A stretch of DNA of 64,000 nt from Botryllus schlosseri (lineage: Eukaryota): the NCBI GenBank assembly GCA_051294905.1, contig CM119372.1:7132001-7196000 (forward strand). The letters run 5' to 3'. Each line of letters opens with the position of its first letter. Positions within the stretch are counted from its first letter, which is position 1. Shown here piece after piece: positions 62,484-64,000 of this stretch. Both the position numbers and the translations under genes were made by a program. The notes below the pieces were generated by a model, which worked only from the letters and a program-made list of their open reading frames with translations, made no database searches and was not told the DNA's origin.

Positions 62484-64000
62484 AGTAGTTATATAGATCG
62501 CTCGTGAGGTGGGTGGGCTCTTATGGGTGCGGTCGCACGGTGCCGAGAAACCGGGGGTGGCACGGTGACCCTTATCTCTTATGGGTGCGGTCGCACGGTG
62601 CCATTGTGTCTTATGGCTGCGGTGGCATGGTTACCTTTTCGGGTATAGGCTGCGGCGGCACGGTGTCGTGAAAACTTGTGGTGGCATGGTTACCTTTTCA
62701 GGTATAGGCGCGATGACATGGTGACCTTTCGGGTATAGACTGTCGATGATTTGACTAACGTTGCGGGTATAGGCGCGGCGGCATGGTGTTGAATATGTAT
62801 CTGGTATAGTAAATAGTGACGTCATTGATTCTTAGTTAATGTGTATATTCCAAATTATTATATATGACCGACTCGAGTTAATCCTAACGTTTACGGCGAG
62901 CGCGACTTTAGTATATCGTTATTCTTATGGACGCGGCGATGATTCGTACTTTCGGGTATAGACCGCGGGTGGTATGTCGTACTTTCACCAAAAAGGGTGT
63001 GAAATAGTTTGCTAAATCTAGGAATCAGTCGCTTGGTATTAGTTTACCACAGAGCCGGCGTAGACGGTGATTCGAATACCAACAATAGCCGCGTTCACAT
63101 ACTAACACTTCAAAAAGATGTGAAATATTTGTAAAATCCTACGAGTGCTGACAGGATAACACATCAGACACATCTATCCCTCGTGGTTTGGTGTTACAGA
63201 GGTAGGAATCACGCACAAGTAATATTTTAGTAATTAGTTTGTCACAGAGCCGGCGTAGACGGCGATTCCAATACCAACAATAGCCGCGTTCACATACTAA
63301 CACTCCAAATAGGTGTGTAATAGTTTGCAAAACCCCGCGATCGCTGACAAAATAATGTCTCGGGCGACATGATAACGTTACAGGTATAGGGATCGCTCAC
63401 ACGGTTTCACATGAAGACGCCGTAGTTTAGTCGTGACAAGTGACCGATAGTGTTCTAACTCAAGTCTTTCCTCGCTGCCGATTGATTCCTACGTAACCTG
63501 AATAGTACGCCGACTTTCAGATCGGATTATTCGCACCTTCCATACCGCTGTTTCGCACCTACAGAATAGTCTGCTGTTCACAGTCGCGACAAGAATCACA
63601 AGTATACACATTTATACATTCATTCATTTCTGTGAAATCAAACTCTTCACAAAAGCACGCACAATCGTATCATTAACTTTTTTACCATCACCAAAATAAT
63701 TCAAGTATTCCTTGGCTGAAAATCCTTGAGTCCTTATTATCAAAAATGTTATGGTGCGGTGTCGGAATCCATTCGCAGGATGTACTAAAGGTAAATTCAG
63801 ATAATCCAGAATGAAATATTTGGACTTTGACATAGTCTGAATTGAAATAGATTGACAATCATGACTACCAACTTTGATCCAGTCACATTTCAAGATTATA
63901 CTTTGAAACAATCCTTGAAACTGACAACTCTATTCACGATTCCGTTTCCGTTTGTAAAATAGAGTTTCAGAAATACTATCACTATGACAATTCAACATTT
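62484..64000. mobile_element. Polinton/Maverick-like element 3 (left end; runs off the window)
   Basis: Starts AGTAGTTATATAGATCG; TCTTATGGGTGCGGTCG modules; 62880-63870 is a reverse-complement homologue of 22450-24050; ATPase-like relic at ~63.7-63.95 kb. Confidence 0.78.

Overview
Eukaryotic (metazoan, probably marine-invertebrate-like) AT-rich genomic DNA dominated by nested transposable elements. No prokaryotic operons, rRNA, true tRNA genes or CRISPR arrays are visible. Main contents: (1) three members of a decayed Maverick/Polinton-like family recognised by AGTAGT/ACTACT termini. One is complete (17857-24546, ~300-bp TIRs, exact 6-bp TSD GTCGTG), one ends at 12966 and carries a near-perfect 2.4-kb fold-back (4588-6980 / 7319-9711), and one starts at 62484. 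They hold only frameshifted ghosts of protein-primed PolB, capsid and packaging-ATPase genes. (2) A full-length Ty3/Gypsy (Mag-like) LTR element, 17764-37641 (TSD ATTTC, tRNA-Leu PBS), interrupted by six primary insertions. These include an intact Buster/SPIN-type hAT transposon and two different hAT MITEs at the identical site of both LTRs. (3) Chapaev3-, CACTA-, P-like and many hAT non-autonomous elements plus a tRNA-derived SINE. (4) Two intact intronless host-like genes: a stand-alone death-domain ORF (898-1179) and a 723-aa astacin metalloprotease with antistasin-like, TSP1 and FG-GAP modules (52275-54446), the latter abutting a second Polinton minor-capsid-like relic. All protein-family calls come from by-eye motif recognition, not database searches.
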